The position numbers were made by a program, and so were the translations under genes. Shown here in pieces: positions 10,984-22,984 of a stretch of 64,000 bases of DNA. Under the pieces are notes generated by a model. That model was not told the origin of the DNA, did not search any database, and saw nothing but the letters and a program-made list of their open reading frames with translations. Each line of letters starts with the position of its first letter. Position 1 is the stretch's first letter. The stretch is taken from positions 7,552,001 through 7,616,000 of the forward strand of contig OZ250169.1 in the NCBI GenBank assembly GCA_965237955.1. The letters are read 5' to 3'. Source of the stretch: Candidatus Marinacidobacterales bacterium (GTDB taxonomy: Bacteria; Acidobacteriota; Vicinamibacteria; Marinacidobacterales; SMYC01).

Positions 10984-12163
10984 GTGGCCGATAAAGACCC
11001 TCGAGAGCTCGAGCTCTCCGATCGTGATGCCTTGTCTCAACGAAGCCGAGACGCTCGAGACGTGCATCCTGAAGGCCGAGCGCTCGCTCCACGGGCACGG
11101 CATCGACGGCGAGATCATCATCGCCGATAACGGAAGCACCGACGGTTCGATCGAGATCGCCGAACGACTGGGCGCCCGTCTCGTCCACGTCGAGACAAGA
11201 GGCTACGGCAGTGCGCTCATGGGCGGAATTCACGCAGCGTCGGGCAAGTTCGTCATCATGGGAGACGCCGACGACAGCTACGACTTCACCGCTTTGATGC
11301 CGTTCGTCGAGAAGCTCCGCGACGGCTACGACCTCGTCATGGGAAACCGTTTCAAGGGCGGCATCCAGCCCGGCGCCATGCCCTTTCTCCATCGCTACCT
11401 CGGCAATCCCGTCTTGACATGCATCGGCCGCCTTTTGTTCCCGAACCCGTGTGGTGATTTCCACTGCGGCCTCAGGGGTTTCCGCAAAAAGGCAGCACTC
11501 CAGATGAACCTCCAGACCACCGGCATGGAGTTCGCGTCGGAAATGGTGGTCAAGGCGACTCTTCTAGGCATGCACGTCACCGAAGTTCCGACGACGCTGT
11601 CTCCAGACGGCCGAAACCGGCGACCTCACCTCCGCACGTGGAGAGACGGCTGGCGCCACTTGCGGTTCTTGTTCCTCTACAGCCCACGATGGCTGTTCCT
11701 ATACCCCGGCACTATGCTACTCGCCGCGGGTCTTCTGATTGGACTGTGGGTCTTGCTGGGCCCGCGATCGGTCGGCACGGTTACTTTCGACGTCCATACG
11801 CTGGTCTACGCTGCCGCCGCCGTGTCGCTCGGCTACCAGTCCATTGCCTTTGCGTTCTTCACCAAGATTTTCGCCATTCAAGAAGGCTTGATGCCCGAAG
11901 ATTCACGTCTGAAGCGCGTCTTTCGCTACGTCACGCTCGAAGTCGGATTGGCGGTGGGATTCGCGCTCGTCTTCGTCGGCCTAGGAGGGACGGCCTGGGC
12001 CCTCACCGATTGGGGTGCACGTTCGTTCGGAGAGCTCGAGCCGACAGACACCCTCCGGATTGTGATCCCCTCGGCGCTAGCGCTGACGCTCGGGTTCCAA
12101 ATCGTGCTCTCGAGCTTTTTTCTCAGCGTCCTCGGGCTCGGCCGCCATCGCGGTGGCATCTGA
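10984..12163 (+). pseudogene. GT2 polyprenol-phosphate glycosyltransferase with C-terminal TMs; +1 frameshift near 11020
   Basis: MADKDPRELELS (GTG 10984) is one base out of frame with IVMPCLNE; DNGSTD and MGDADDSY motifs. Confidence 0.85.
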
Positions 12164-13362
12164 TGACGCTCCTTCACGCCCGCGGATGCGCGTTCGCGGC
12201 CGTGCTCGTCGTCGCTTCTTGCGGCTCGGAGACGCCGCCGCCAAGCACCTATTACTTCGCTCACCGCGTTTCGGAGTCGGCAGCCGAGTTCGACGAGATG
12301 CGATTCCGCTCGTTTCGAAAAGACGGCCGCCTCGCATCCACCGTTACGCTGGGAGACCCGGGTGCGATCACCGAGTCGCGCTTGTCTCTCGTTCCACCGA
12401 TTCCTTCCACGCTCACTTACAACGTGAGCGTCCCGCCGGAGGGCCGGCTCGACTTCGAGATCGGCGTGGCCACCCTCGGAGCGGAGGCACTCCCCGCACC
12501 GATCGTCTTCACGGTTCTCGTCGACGGCGAGCGCGCGTTCGAAGAGACCGTCCGACGCCGCTTCGGAAACCGGTGGTACCGCAGAAACCTCGACCTGAGT
12601 GACTGGTCGGACACTGCCGTTGCGATCACGTTCGAGACACAATTCCAGGAAACGCCGTTCACCGCGACGAGCCAGCTTAGAAGCAATGTTTTGCCAGCGT
12701 GGGGAAATCCCGTCCTCCGCGGACGTCACGACTTCGTGACGCGGCCGGATTTAATTCTCGTTTCCATCGATTGCCTCAGAGCGGATCACGTGGGTGCCTA
12801 CGGATACGAACTGCCCATCACACCGGCGCTCGACGCCTTCGCGGAAGACGGTGCCTTGTTCGAGAATTCCGTCAGCGTCTCGTCCTGGACCCTCCCGACA
12901 CACATGTCGATGCTGACCGGCCTCATGCCGACAGAGCATGGCTTGAGTCGCGCCCACAAACGCTCTCCCGCGGTACCGTACCTTCCGGAGATCCTGTCGC
13001 GGGAAGGCTACGAAACTCTCGGCGTCGTGTCGGGGCTCTATCTGTCTCCCACGTTCGGTTACGAGCAAGACTTCGATGTGTATCGCGCCCTCATCGACGA
13101 GCCTGCGGAAGAGCTCGTCGACGCCGCGGCCGAGCTTTTTTTCGCTGAGCCGCGGCGTCCTCGCTTTTTGTTCTTGCATTTCTTCGATGCCCATTGGCGC
13201 TACCTTCCACCTCCGAAATACCTGGAGCGCGCCGGGGGGAGGCCGCCCGACATTTCGAAGCTCCTGAACAAAGTCATTCAAGAAAAACCCCCGAGCGGAC
13301 CCGAAGAGATCGCGCAGATGAAAACGCTCTACGATGCCGAGGTCGCCTACGTCGACGACCAA

Positions 13363-14551
13363 CTAGTCCACTGGAACATAAAAAGCTAGACAACACCGGC
13401 CCTTCTGTGATCTGCTAAATGCATGAAACACAAGGGCCGGCGAAAAGCCGAATTGAAGCTGTCGTCTCAAGAAAGCGAAGCGCTGACGCGACTGGCGCGA
13501 CGCAGCCGTAGTTCGCCGCACCAAGCCTTCCGAGCGAAGATCGTGCTGGATTGCGCGGCGGGTCTGACGAATATGGAAGTTGCTAGGAAGATGCACACCA
13601 TGAGGAGCACGGTGGGCAAGTGGCGAAGACGCTTTGTAGAACAACGAATGGAAGGGTTGTACGACGAACCTCGGCCGGGAGCGGCTCGCAAAATCGGCGA
13701 TGACCAGATCGAGGAAGTCGTGACCAAGACGCTGGAGACGACTCCAAAGGGGAGAACCCATTGGAGTACGCGCTCGATGGCCAAGCATCTTGGGCTGAGT
13801 CATTCGACGATTGGACGTATTTGGCGAACGTTCGGGCTTCAACCGCACCGCTCGGAATCGTTTCGTCTCTCGCAAGACCCACAACTGGTCGAAAAAGTAC
13901 GCGACGTTGTTGGCCTGTATATGAACCCACCGGATAACGCGGTCGTCCTGTGCGTCGACGAGAAATCGCAGATTCAAGCGCTCGAGCGTGCTCAACCTGT
14001 CCTGCCCATGAGCTTGGGCCAGCCCGAGCGACAAACCCACGACTACATTCGGCATGGAACGACTGACCTGTTTGCCGCACTCGACGCCGCAACAGGTGAA
14101 GTCTTCGGAAAGTGCTACGCGCGACATCGAGCGCTAGAGTTCAAGAAGTTCCTCGCTGAGATCGAAGCAGCCGTTCCCAGCGAGTTGGACATCCACGTCG
14201 TGCTCGACAATCTCGCCACGCACAAGACACCGGCGATCAAACGCTGGCTTTCCAAGCGACCTCGGTTCCACTTTCACTTCACACCGACACACGCCTCTTG
14301 GCTCAACTTCGCTGAGCGCTTCTTTGGCTTGCTCACCGAACACGCCTTGCGACGAGGCTCGCACACGAGCGTGCCTCAGCTCCGCGTTGCGATACAAGAC
14401 TATCTCGATGCTCACAACGAGAACCCAAAGCCGTTCAAGTGGACGAAATCCGCCGACCAAATCCTCGAAACCATCGCTCGGTTCGCCCAGCGAACGCTCG
14501 ATACACATGGCAAATCGAATTTGGACAGTAATTAAAGATCCAGGGGACTAG
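13363..14551 (+). mobile_element. IS630-family element, copy 1 (coordinates include flanking CTAG)
   Basis: Ends CTAGTCCACTGGAAC and GATCCAGGGGACTAG; near-identical to copies 2 and 3. Confidence 0.96.
13423..14535 (+). CDS. IS630 transposase
   Basis: 370 aa; HTH, CVDEK, LDNLATH, SWLNFAE. Confidence 0.95.
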   Translation: MKHKGRRKAELKLSSQESEALTRLARRSRSSPHQAFRAKIVLDCAAGLTNMEVARKMHTMRSTVGKWRRRFVEQRMEGLYDEPRPGAARKIGDDQIEEVVTKTLETTPKGRTHWSTRSMAKHLGLSHSTIGRIWRTFGLQPHRSESFRLSQDPQLVEKVRDVVGLYMNPPDNAVVLCVDEKSQIQALERAQPVLPMSLGQPERQTHDYIRHGTTDLFAALDAATGEVFGKCYARHRALEFKKFLAEIEAAVPSELDIHVVLDNLATHKTPAIKRWLSKRPRFHFHFTPTHASWLNFAERFFGLLTEHALRRGSHTSVPQLRVAIQDYLDAHNENPKPFKWTKSADQILETIARFAQRTLDTHGKSNLDSN

Positions 14552-15197
14552 GACGTTTCTTCGAGGAGCTGAAAAGCCGGGGCATCTACGACAACGCTCT
14601 CATCGTCGTGACCGCCGATCACGGCGAAGGCTTCTACGAACACGGGCTGTGGCAGCACAGCGAAATCATTTACAACGAAGTGACGCGCGTGCCGTTGATA
14701 GTCAAGGCGCCGAAGAGCTCTTCCGCGTTGCGGATTTCCGAGTTGGTGAGCCAACTCGGCATATTCCCCACGTTTCTGGAGCTCGTCGGGCATGAAACGC
14801 CTTTCGCACACCCGAGTCTACTGGCGCTCGCCGGGCGCCGTGCTTCCTTTCCCGAACGAACGATGAGCGAGATCACCTGGGAGGCAACCGCCACGCGTGG
14901 GCCGTTCGTCACGCTGGCCGCCACCGAGGGCTCTCTCAAATACGTAGCGACCTTTGCGGGCGAGCTCGACGAGGACGCGTTCGTCTCGCGGCTCGTTAGC
15001 GAGGAGCTCTACGATCTAACGCGCGATCCGGGCGAGGAGACGAACCTACTCCCCGACGGTGTCGAGCGGGCCGGCGTCTTGCGCGGCCAGGTCCGGGATT
15101 ACCTCGCGGTCATACAAAGTCGTCGATCTCGAGATGCCGGCGATCCGATCGTCGTCGACGAGAAGATGGAGGAGAAGCTCCGCGCTATCGGCTACAT

Positions 15198-17375
15198 TCA
15201 GTAGGCTGCGGCGGCGGAGGCGACGAGCTCGTAGATATGTATCTCCGGCACGCTCCACGCTTGCGACCCCGCCTCCGTCCGAGCGATGTAAAGCCGTAGG
15301 GTATCTACCGTCGACGGCTCCAGATCGTATCGGAGCCTTGCCTTTTTGGGGTCTTCCACCAACTGGCGGATGAGCCCGACTTTGTACCAAACGTCGTCGA
15401 CTCGAGAGATCTTGAACCTCTCCTCACCACGGCGTCCGATGAACTCGAGATTCCGCGCGAACTCTTCGTAGGGATAGGACATCTCTATCTCGATGCGCAC
15501 CGGACGCCGCGGTCGATCGAACACAATCTCCAGGAAGTCTCCCTTCATTTGGCCACGGCGCGTCGTCCACCTGGACGAACGATCTCCGTCCTTAGCAAGG
15601 CTAGGATCGAGCCCCCGACGACTGCGAAGCTCGTAATCGGCGCGGTCCAATTCGTCGCAAAGACACTCTCTCGGCACGCCCTCGCCTTCCAAAGGTCGGA
15701 CCGTGTGCAGCTGCTCGCCCCCGAGATGGTAACGTGTCCAATCGGCGTCGTCGGGGCGGTCGGGAAACTTCTTGACGAGAGGAAGGTCGTCGCTGCGGCG
15801 CTCCAGACGTCGCATCAGGCGTCTTCGACGTCGAGCGTTCGTCCATCGCTTCGGATGGATGACTGCGGCGCGCACACCCAACGCTTGGAGGATGGTCGTA
15901 GAGGTGTCGTCCGGAAAATTACGGAGCTCCCACCTCAGATATTCCGTCGCCGGAGGGTAAAAGCTCGGTTTGTTGAACAGAATCGATCCCTCGTGAAACG
16001 TCGAGAAGTAAGCCTCCATGGTATTGAACCGGACGAAACGAAAAGGAAGAACCGGTAGCTCGGCGACAGCGCCGCGGTGTTGGCGTGCGCTCAACCACGT
16101 GTACACGTCAGGAATGTTGTCGACGGGGATACGGTCGCCGCGGCCGTAGCGGGGAGATCACTGCTCGAGAAGCAGCAAGGCCGCGAGCATCGTACATCCC
16201 AGAATTCTCGTGACGTTTCGTCGCGCTTGAAAGAGCGAGGCCGCGGCTTGAGCCGCGAACACAGCCAACGCCAGCCGCGGGAGAATCGCCATCCGGCTCG
16301 GGTCACGCAGATTCTCGAACGGACCGACGTGCGCGAGAATCCGGAAGGGACCCGGGCCCAGCCGGAATCGGTTGACGACGAGGTCGGGGCCGCCAGAAAA
16401 CAGGAATCCGAGAACACCGATGGCGAGGAAGGCCCACGCGATCCGCTTGAGCCGGGAATCCGATGGGGAGCGCACCCAACGCCACAAGCCGAAGGACGCC
16501 ACGAGAATCGCGCCGAAGCCGAGGAAATGATCGACCAGGCATGGGCGGGCAATCGCGGCATAAAGAGGATTCTCGGCAGCCGGAAAGAAGTAGCGGGCGA
16601 GGTCGAAGTTTTGGGGGCTCGCCGCAAATTCATAGTGCGCATAGAGCTCGAAAAAAGGCCGGGCGACGAACAGGAAAAAGACCCCGATCAATAGTCCCGA
16701 GAGCGCCAACGACAAAGTCGAGCTCTTCTTCTTGTATGTGTCCCATGTGAAGAAGTACACGGGCACGAGGACTGCCAGAATGATCCCGTAGAAACCGAGG
16801 TAGTAGAAACAGGAGAGGCCGTGCAGAATCGAGAAAACGACGAAGCCTGGCAAATAGCGTTTCTTGTCATGGATGAAAAAACGGTGCAAGCACAAAAGTG
16901 CCAGTGGCAACCACTGCAGGCTGATGAGCTGTAAGCGCGGTATCTGAGACAGGTTGTACGAGCCCAGAGCGTAGTAGACGGCCCCGACGCCGGCAGCGGC
17001 GTCGCTTCCTGTCAGCTCTCGAAACAAAAGGTGGCCGCCGAACGCTGCAAGAGCGAGGGTCAACAGCGTGGCGAGGTTGGTCGCCAACACCCGATTGTCG
17101 AGAAAGCGGAACAAGGGCCACGACAGCACAGCCTGGCCCAAAAGAGGCTCCGTGTACATCAGCGCGCCCGGGTGCGGATAGTACGTGTTCGCGTCGAGAA
17201 TCTCGGGGTAGCCGAGCGAGAGGTGGCTCGCGCCCCACCAGAGTATCCACATGCCGAGGATCGAGTCCCCGTCATCGGGCATGTGCGTATCGAGATGGAG
17301 AGAATAAGGAACGAGGAGCACGAAAACGAGAACGAGGTAAGCCAGCAACCACGCGGCGCTACGAAGCGGCGTCAT
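15198..17375 (-). pseudogene. YfhO-like GT-C membrane protein with C-terminal discoidin-like domain; in-frame TGA at 16158-16160
   Basis: ORFs 16158-17375 and 15198-16106 are in the same frame (LLEQ*SPRY); DGDS, DANTYYP, YTEPL, LRDPSR shared with paralogs. Confidence 0.85.
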
Positions 17376-17396
17376 TTTGGGCCTCTACGAGATTTG

Positions 17397-17433
17397 AACC
17401 ACGGAAACACGCGGCACAGAGGTAACACAGAAG
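17397..17433. repeat. Half element of the CRCAGAG 8/9-mer repeat family
   Basis: aaccacggaaacacgcggcacagaggtaacacagaag. Confidence 0.45.
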
Positions 17434-17497
17434 TGCGAGTTAGTTCTACTTTCCCGCGCGCAATAAACGCGCCCTCGCCAACGTCGCTCCGGGACAA

Positions 17498-19050
17498 CTA
17501 CGGGCTCGGGGCGTCGCACCGACGGTAGATGTAGAGCTCCGACAGGCTCCAGTCCGGAAGGGCGTAGTCGAATTCTTGTCCCTCGCGGATCCAAAATCGT
17601 AGCCGCCGCGCGCGAATCGGTGCGAAACGAAGCGTCATCGCAGCTCGAGCGGGATCGTTGACGAGGGCGTCCGCAAGCTCCCATTTCGTTTCGATGTCGT
17701 CGCGGTAAAAAACGCGCTCGAAGCGTTCACCTGGGCGGCTCGCTTTCAGTGTCAGATCACGCGGGAACTCATCATGAGGATAAGCGAGCCTCAAGCGCAC
17801 CGCGCTAACCGTCTCTTCGCGACCGAGATCGACCTCGAGCTTCAATCCGGGAAGCTGCCGGTCGGTGTGCCAAGTCGTCTCGGGGTTGCGATCGACCGCC
17901 CATTCGTGAGGCGTCTCAGCGTCTCCTGCAAGCGTCCATTCTCCGGGATCGAGCTCATCGGCTGGCGAACAGAGGAGCGAACCCGATTCCGATTCGCCGG
18001 CGTGTCGCAGGCGAAAGACCCGCTCGTCTCCGAATCCGTAGAACTCGTATGTACGGCCCGGGAGCGGGTCGAACCTGCCTTCGGGTATGAGCCGGTCGGC
18101 GTATTGTCGTAGGAGCGCCAGGTTCTTCGCGCGCTCATCGGGCGGCCACGCTCTCGGATGGACGACGATCCGCTCGACCCCGAGCCGCTCGAGAAGCCGA
18201 ATGCTGGTGGCGTCGGGAAAGCTCCGAAGCTCCCAGGCGAGGTAGCTCGTGAGCGGTGGATAGAACGAAGTCCTTCCGAACACGACCGGACGCCAGTGAT
18301 ACGTGGAATAGAACAAGTAGAGGGCGTGGCGTCGGAGCTGGCTTCGCGGATAGAGCGGAAGCTCGACGACGGGGTCGGCTGGCAGTGTTTGGCCGAGCCA
18401 GCGGTAGACTTCCGGAGCCTGGGCCCCTGTCGGTACGCTCGTGAACGGCTGGCCGCCGGTGAAGTGCTCGTACGGTAGCAGGACGAGGAGCGAAACTCGC
18501 ACCCAAGGAAGCGCTCGCGTCGACACGCGCGAAAAGAGCGCTTTCGCGCCGAGCCCGGCGGCAACGGCGAGGCCGAAGTGGACGAAGACACACATCCGTT
18601 CCGGACTGCGAAGCACGCGGAAGAGTGGGACATGCTCGTAGAACCAGCGGTAAGGCCCCGTTCCCAACTCGGCACCGCCTACCCTTACGGTGGGGCCCAA
18701 AGACAGGATGAGCCCGAGGAGCGCGGTGGCTAAACAAAGCCACAAGAGAATCCGGGTCGGGCGTTCGGCATGGCCACGGCCGGTCACGACGCCGACAACG
18801 GCGAGCCCGATCACGAGAAAGCCCAGAAATTGGGGCGCCACACTGAGCGGAAGCTCGAATGAAAAGAAGCGCGCGAAGAAGCTTCCATCGGGCGGCCTCA
18901 AATAGTCCAACAGATCTAAACCGTCAGCGAGCGATCGCTGATAGCCGAAGTCACGGAGCATTCGCAGATACGGAATCGCCAGCAAGCCGAAAACAGCACC
19001 CGCAACCCCGATCGGCGGAATAAGCTTCGAGACGCGTCGCCAACCACCAG
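17498..19050 (-). pseudogene. YfhO-like GT-C membrane protein, N-terminal part deleted
   Basis: LSLGP, LRSPER, VVELP, YSTYHWRP align with the C-terminal parts of 15198-17375 and 29104-30756; the first 200 or so residues are absent. Confidence 0.8.
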
Positions 19051-19529
19051 GCGCTCCCGGTTGCGAAGCGCCCCGTAGAGCGCCCCGAAGGTTTCCATGA
19101 TGTAGCGAACGGAGCTCACCACGCTGACCGAGGAGGAGTCTTCGGCATAACGCGTCGGGATCGCCACCTCCTCGATACGGAATCCGAGCAAGACGGCCTG
19201 AATGACCATTTGGCTGTCGAAGACAAAAGCATCCGAAAAGCCATGATAGTCGATGAGTTGAAGAAACCGGCGGGAGTAGGCCTTCATTCCGCTATGAAGC
19301 TCGCTGAACGAAGTCTCGAGAAAAAGATTCTCGATGCGCGTCGTGAGACGGTTTCCGACGTAGCGATAGAGTGGCATGTTTCCGTTGCGGGGATCCTCAA
19401 CGCCTTTGAAGCGGGAGCCGAAAACGAAATCGGCCCGGATAGCTCGGATCGGCTCGAGGAGTGCGGGTACCCGGTGCGGCGCATACTGGTAATCCGGGTG
19501 AAGGAGCACGACCGCGTCGGCTCCACGCT

Positions 19530-20717
19530 CTAGTCCCCTGGATCTTTAATTACTGTCCAAATTCGATTTGCCATGTGTATCGAGCGTTCGCTGGGCGAAC
19601 CGAGCGATGGTTTCGAGGATTTGGTCGGCGGATTTCGTCCACTTGAACGGCTTTGGGTTCTCGTTGTGAGCATCGAGATAGTCTTGTATCGCAACGCGGA
19701 GCTGAGGCACGCTCGTGTGCGAGCCTCGTCGCAAGGCGTGTTCGGTGAGCAAGCCAAAGAAGCGCTCAGCGAAGTTGAGCCAAGAGGCGTGTGTCGGTGT
19801 GAAGTGAAAGTGGAACCGAGGTCGCTTGGAAAGCCAGCGTTTGATCGCCGGTGTCTTGTGCGTGGCGAGATTGTCGAGCACGACGTGGATGTCCAACTCG
19901 CTGGGAACGGCTGCTTCGATCTCAGCGAGGAACTTCTTGAACTCTAGCGCTCGATGTCGCGCGTAGCACTTTCCGAAGACTTCACCTGTTGCGGCGTCGA
20001 GTGCGGCAAACAGGTCAGTCGTTCCATGCCGAATGTAGTCGTGGTTTTGTCGCTCGGGCTGGCCCAAGCTCATGGGCAGGACAGGTTGAGCACGCTCGAG
20101 CGCTTGAATCTGCGATTTCTCGTCGACGCACAGGACGACCGCGTTATCCGGTGGGTTCATATACAGGCCAACAACGTCGCGTACTTTTTCGACCAGTTGT
20201 GGGTCTTGCGAGAGACGAAACGATTCCGAGCGGTGCGGTTGAAGCCCGAACGTTCGCCAAATACGTCCAATCGTCGAATGACTCAGCCCAAGATGCTTGG
20301 CCATCGAGCGCGTACTCCAATGGGTTCTCCCCTTTGGAGTCGTCTCCAGCGTCTTGGTCACGACTTCCTCGATCTGGTCATCGCCGATTTTGCGAGCCGC
20401 TCCCGGCCGAGGTTCGTCGTACAACCCTTCCATTCGTTGTTCTACAAAGCGTCTTCGCCACTTGCCCACCGTGCTCCTCATGGTGTGCATCTTCCTAGCA
20501 ACTTCCATATTCGTCAGACCCGCCGCGCAATCCAGCACGATCTTCGCTCGGAAGGCTTGGTGCGGCGAACTACGGCTGCGTCGCGCCAGTCGCGTCAGCG
20601 CTTCGCTTTCTTGAGACGACAGCTTCAATTCGGCTTTTCGCCGGCCCTTGTGTTTCATGCATTTAGCAGATCACAGAAGTGCCGGTGTGTCTAGCTTTTT
20701 CTGTTCCAGTGGACTAG
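19530..20717 (-). mobile_element. IS630-family element, copy 2 (includes flanking CTAG)
   Basis: Reverse complement of copy 1 with a few differences; CTAG at both ends. Confidence 0.96.
19546..20658 (-). CDS. IS630 transposase
   Basis: 370 aa, one substitution versus copy 1 (RQNH vs RQTH). Confidence 0.95.
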   Translation of the reverse strand: MKHKGRRKAELKLSSQESEALTRLARRSRSSPHQAFRAKIVLDCAAGLTNMEVARKMHTMRSTVGKWRRRFVEQRMEGLYDEPRPGAARKIGDDQIEEVVTKTLETTPKGRTHWSTRSMAKHLGLSHSTIGRIWRTFGLQPHRSESFRLSQDPQLVEKVRDVVGLYMNPPDNAVVLCVDEKSQIQALERAQPVLPMSLGQPERQNHDYIRHGTTDLFAALDAATGEVFGKCYARHRALEFKKFLAEIEAAVPSELDIHVVLDNLATHKTPAIKRWLSKRPRFHFHFTPTHASWLNFAERFFGLLTEHALRRGSHTSVPQLRVAIQDYLDAHNENPKPFKWTKSADQILETIARFAQRTLDTHGKSNLDSN

Positions 20718-21034
20718 CGCCCAGTCATAACAGGTCTTCTGGTTTCCCCCATAACCTCGATTCTCAGGATGACGCTGGACCGGTATGCCCAAACTCTCTG
20801 CCACGGCAACGGTACGGTCGGGGCTGGCGTCGTCTACGACGAGTACCTCGTCCGCGCATCTTGGAGGGATCTCCCGGTAGGTTTTCTCGAGAGTTCTGGC
20901 TGCCTTATAGGCAGGCATGACGATGCACGTGCGCAATAAGCGGTCCTCCGATCGGCCCGAATCCTATCTCACCCAAGCGCGGCCGTGCAAGACGCCAAGT
21001 TACCCATCACTTGATTGCGTTCATTTGCATGCAC

Positions 21035-22984
21035 TCAAGGCTCCAATCGCTCGAAGCGGAGGCGGTCGACGGCCAGGAACGGGCGACCGGACGTATCCTC
21101 AGCGGGCACCAGTTCGAGCAAATTGATCCGTTGCCATCGGCCAGCATGGGCAGTGAAGGCATGCTCCTTCATCTCCGCCGCGGGAAAGAACCCACCGATA
21201 CGGGAGCCGTTCAGCCAGACTTCGATAGGGACCGGAGGCACCCCTTCGGGCACGGCACACTCGATATAGAAACGTATTGGCTCAGCGCGGTCGGTGGGAA
21301 CGAAAATTCCTGCGCCCGGGGCTTCCGCCCATCGCACCGCTCGCCGCCTGTCTCCCCAATCCTTGACACCGCTCCACCCATTGCCGATGAACGCCGCGTC
21401 TCTCACCCCGAGATCGATGACTCCCCCCAGATTCTGCATGCTATGGAAGAGATACTTGCCCACGAGGATGTCGTATTGGGTCTTGGGGCGATCGTAGCGG
21501 CTGGCGAAGAGCCAGTTCATCGGGAACGAGAACGGGTAACCCACGCCGTCGAAGACATCCTCGAGCCCGCCCTCTGCGGCCGCCTGCCACGAGATGGTGT
21601 CGTCCACGGGGATGCGTCCCTTGCGCGACTGCTCCATGAGGAGACCGTTCGCGGTGATGAACCCAAGGAGCACGGCGCCAACGACCGCTCGTGGGTAACG
21701 CCTGGCGAGCTCGACACCGAACGCGACGGCCGTGGCGAGGCCCAACGCGAGAATGGGCAACACCGAGTCGAAGCGCCGTGCGCCGAACGATCCACCGGCC
21801 CACCAATCCGACACCGAGCTATTGACATACGTCAGCAGCACGAGCAACAACACGAACGGGAGTCCTACTCTCGGATTCCGTCGTACGAAGCCGGGAAGCC
21901 CACAGACGGCGACGAGCAGAATCGGACTCCATGAGAACAAACCGTGGCGCGACGAGAACAACGTCTCCGTGAGGAAAGGATCCCCCCAGCGCACGTAGCC
22001 TATCCCCTGTGGCACTCCGACGTAGAAGCGGTCGAAGATAATCTTCCAACTCACGAGCTGGGGGAGGACAGCGGCGAACGCGGTGGCGCCGAACACCAGT
22101 ATCGGCGTCCATTCCTTTCGGCGGGCATGCGCGACGAGGTGCCACGCCGGCAGTAGACCGAAGACCGCGTTTTGCCAGCGGACGCACACGGCCGCGCCGA
22201 GAACGAGACCCAAGATAGCGTAGTCCCGTGAGGTTTTCGGACCGTCCACCCACCGATGCAAGAACAGAGCTACCAGTAGAAAGGTCAACGCGTGGGTATA
22301 GATGGCGTGGTAGGTCATGTACCAGCCAAGAAAACTCCCGAGACCTGTGGCCACGGTCGCGAGAAACGCGATCGCGGGCTCGAACCACCGGCGCAAGAAA
22401 CGGTCGAGCACGAGAAGTCCGAGCCAACCGAGCAGGAGGTTACCGAGCGCAACCGTATGCAAGTAGGGATCGGAGAATCCATCGTACGCCGTCTCGACCC
22501 CGTGGACGTTGGCGAGCCACGCGCTCGCGTGGCCGAGCCAGATGAAAGGCACCCACGCAAGCGGCGCACCGACCGGGAACGTGTAGCGAGGGAGGCCGGT
22601 CTCTCGGACCGGCTGCGAGCCCCGGCGCTCCTCCATACCGAGTCGTCGGTACTGGTTGCCGAGATCGATATCGAAGTCGACCGCGACCGAATGCGCGAAC
22701 GAGTAGTACCAGAGCCCGTCACCACGGAGCCGGTAGCCACGGAAGTGAAGCAGCGGCAACAACATCAACAGAAGCGCGACATAACCATAGAAGCGCCGAC
22801 GCCCCTCGTCCGGGATCGCGAGCGCCAACACCAGGACGAGAGCGATCGCAAGCCTGACCGCGAAGCCCGAACTCGAGGCGGGACCGAAGAGCGAGACGCC
22901 GCCGGTCACCACGACGAGGGCAAGGTCGAGAGCCGAAAAGCAAAGCAAAAAGAGGAGCACGTTCGCGAAACGCCGACGGTTCAT
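21035..22984 (-). CDS. GT-C (GT39/83-like) membrane glycosyltransferase with C-terminal beta domain
   Basis: RGDGLWYY acidic loop, about 11 TMs, WWAGGSFGARRF; ATG 22984 preferred because the longer ORF overlaps the divergent gene. Confidence 0.8.
   Translation of the reverse strand: MNRRRFANVLLFLLCFSALDLALVVVTGGVSLFGPASSSGFAVRLAIALVLVLALAIPDEGRRRFYGYVALLLMLLPLLHFRGYRLRGDGLWYYSFAHSVAVDFDIDLGNQYRRLGMEERRGSQPVRETGLPRYTFPVGAPLAWVPFIWLGHASAWLANVHGVETAYDGFSDPYLHTVALGNLLLGWLGLLVLDRFLRRWFEPAIAFLATVATGLGSFLGWYMTYHAIYTHALTFLLVALFLHRWVDGPKTSRDYAILGLVLGAAVCVRWQNAVFGLLPAWHLVAHARRKEWTPILVFGATAFAAVLPQLVSWKIIFDRFYVGVPQGIGYVRWGDPFLTETLFSSRHGLFSWSPILLVAVCGLPGFVRRNPRVGLPFVLLLVLLTYVNSSVSDWWAGGSFGARRFDSVLPILALGLATAVAFGVELARRYPRAVVGAVLLGFITANGLLMEQSRKGRIPVDDTISWQAAAEGGLEDVFDGVGYPFSFPMNWLFASRYDRPKTQYDILVGKYLFHSMQNLGGVIDLGVRDAAFIGNGWSGVKDWGDRRRAVRWAEAPGAGIFVPTDRAEPIRFYIECAVPEGVPPVPIEVWLNGSRIGGFFPAAEMKEHAFTAHAGRWQRINLLELVPAEDTSGRPFLAVDRLRFERLEP

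Larger units (their letters stand above)
12163..15204 (+). pseudogene. Sulfatase-like lipoprotein interrupted by IS630
   Basis: TGATG coupling to GT2; VVASC lipobox; SIDCLRAD, WTLPTH; removing the IS restores ...YVDDQL-GRFFEELK...; ends LRAIGYIQ. Confidence 0.92.
18916..20936 (-). pseudogene. GT2 (DPM1-like) interrupted by IS630, 3' end fused to the next gene
   Basis: Removing the IS restores YDWAL-ERGADAVVLLHPDYQY; close paralog of 39406-40152. Confidence 0.9.

Noticed and set aside
13363-20717. Composite transposon formed by IS630 copies 1 and 2
   Set aside because: Each copy has its own CTAG duplication and restores its own target gene, so they inserted independently
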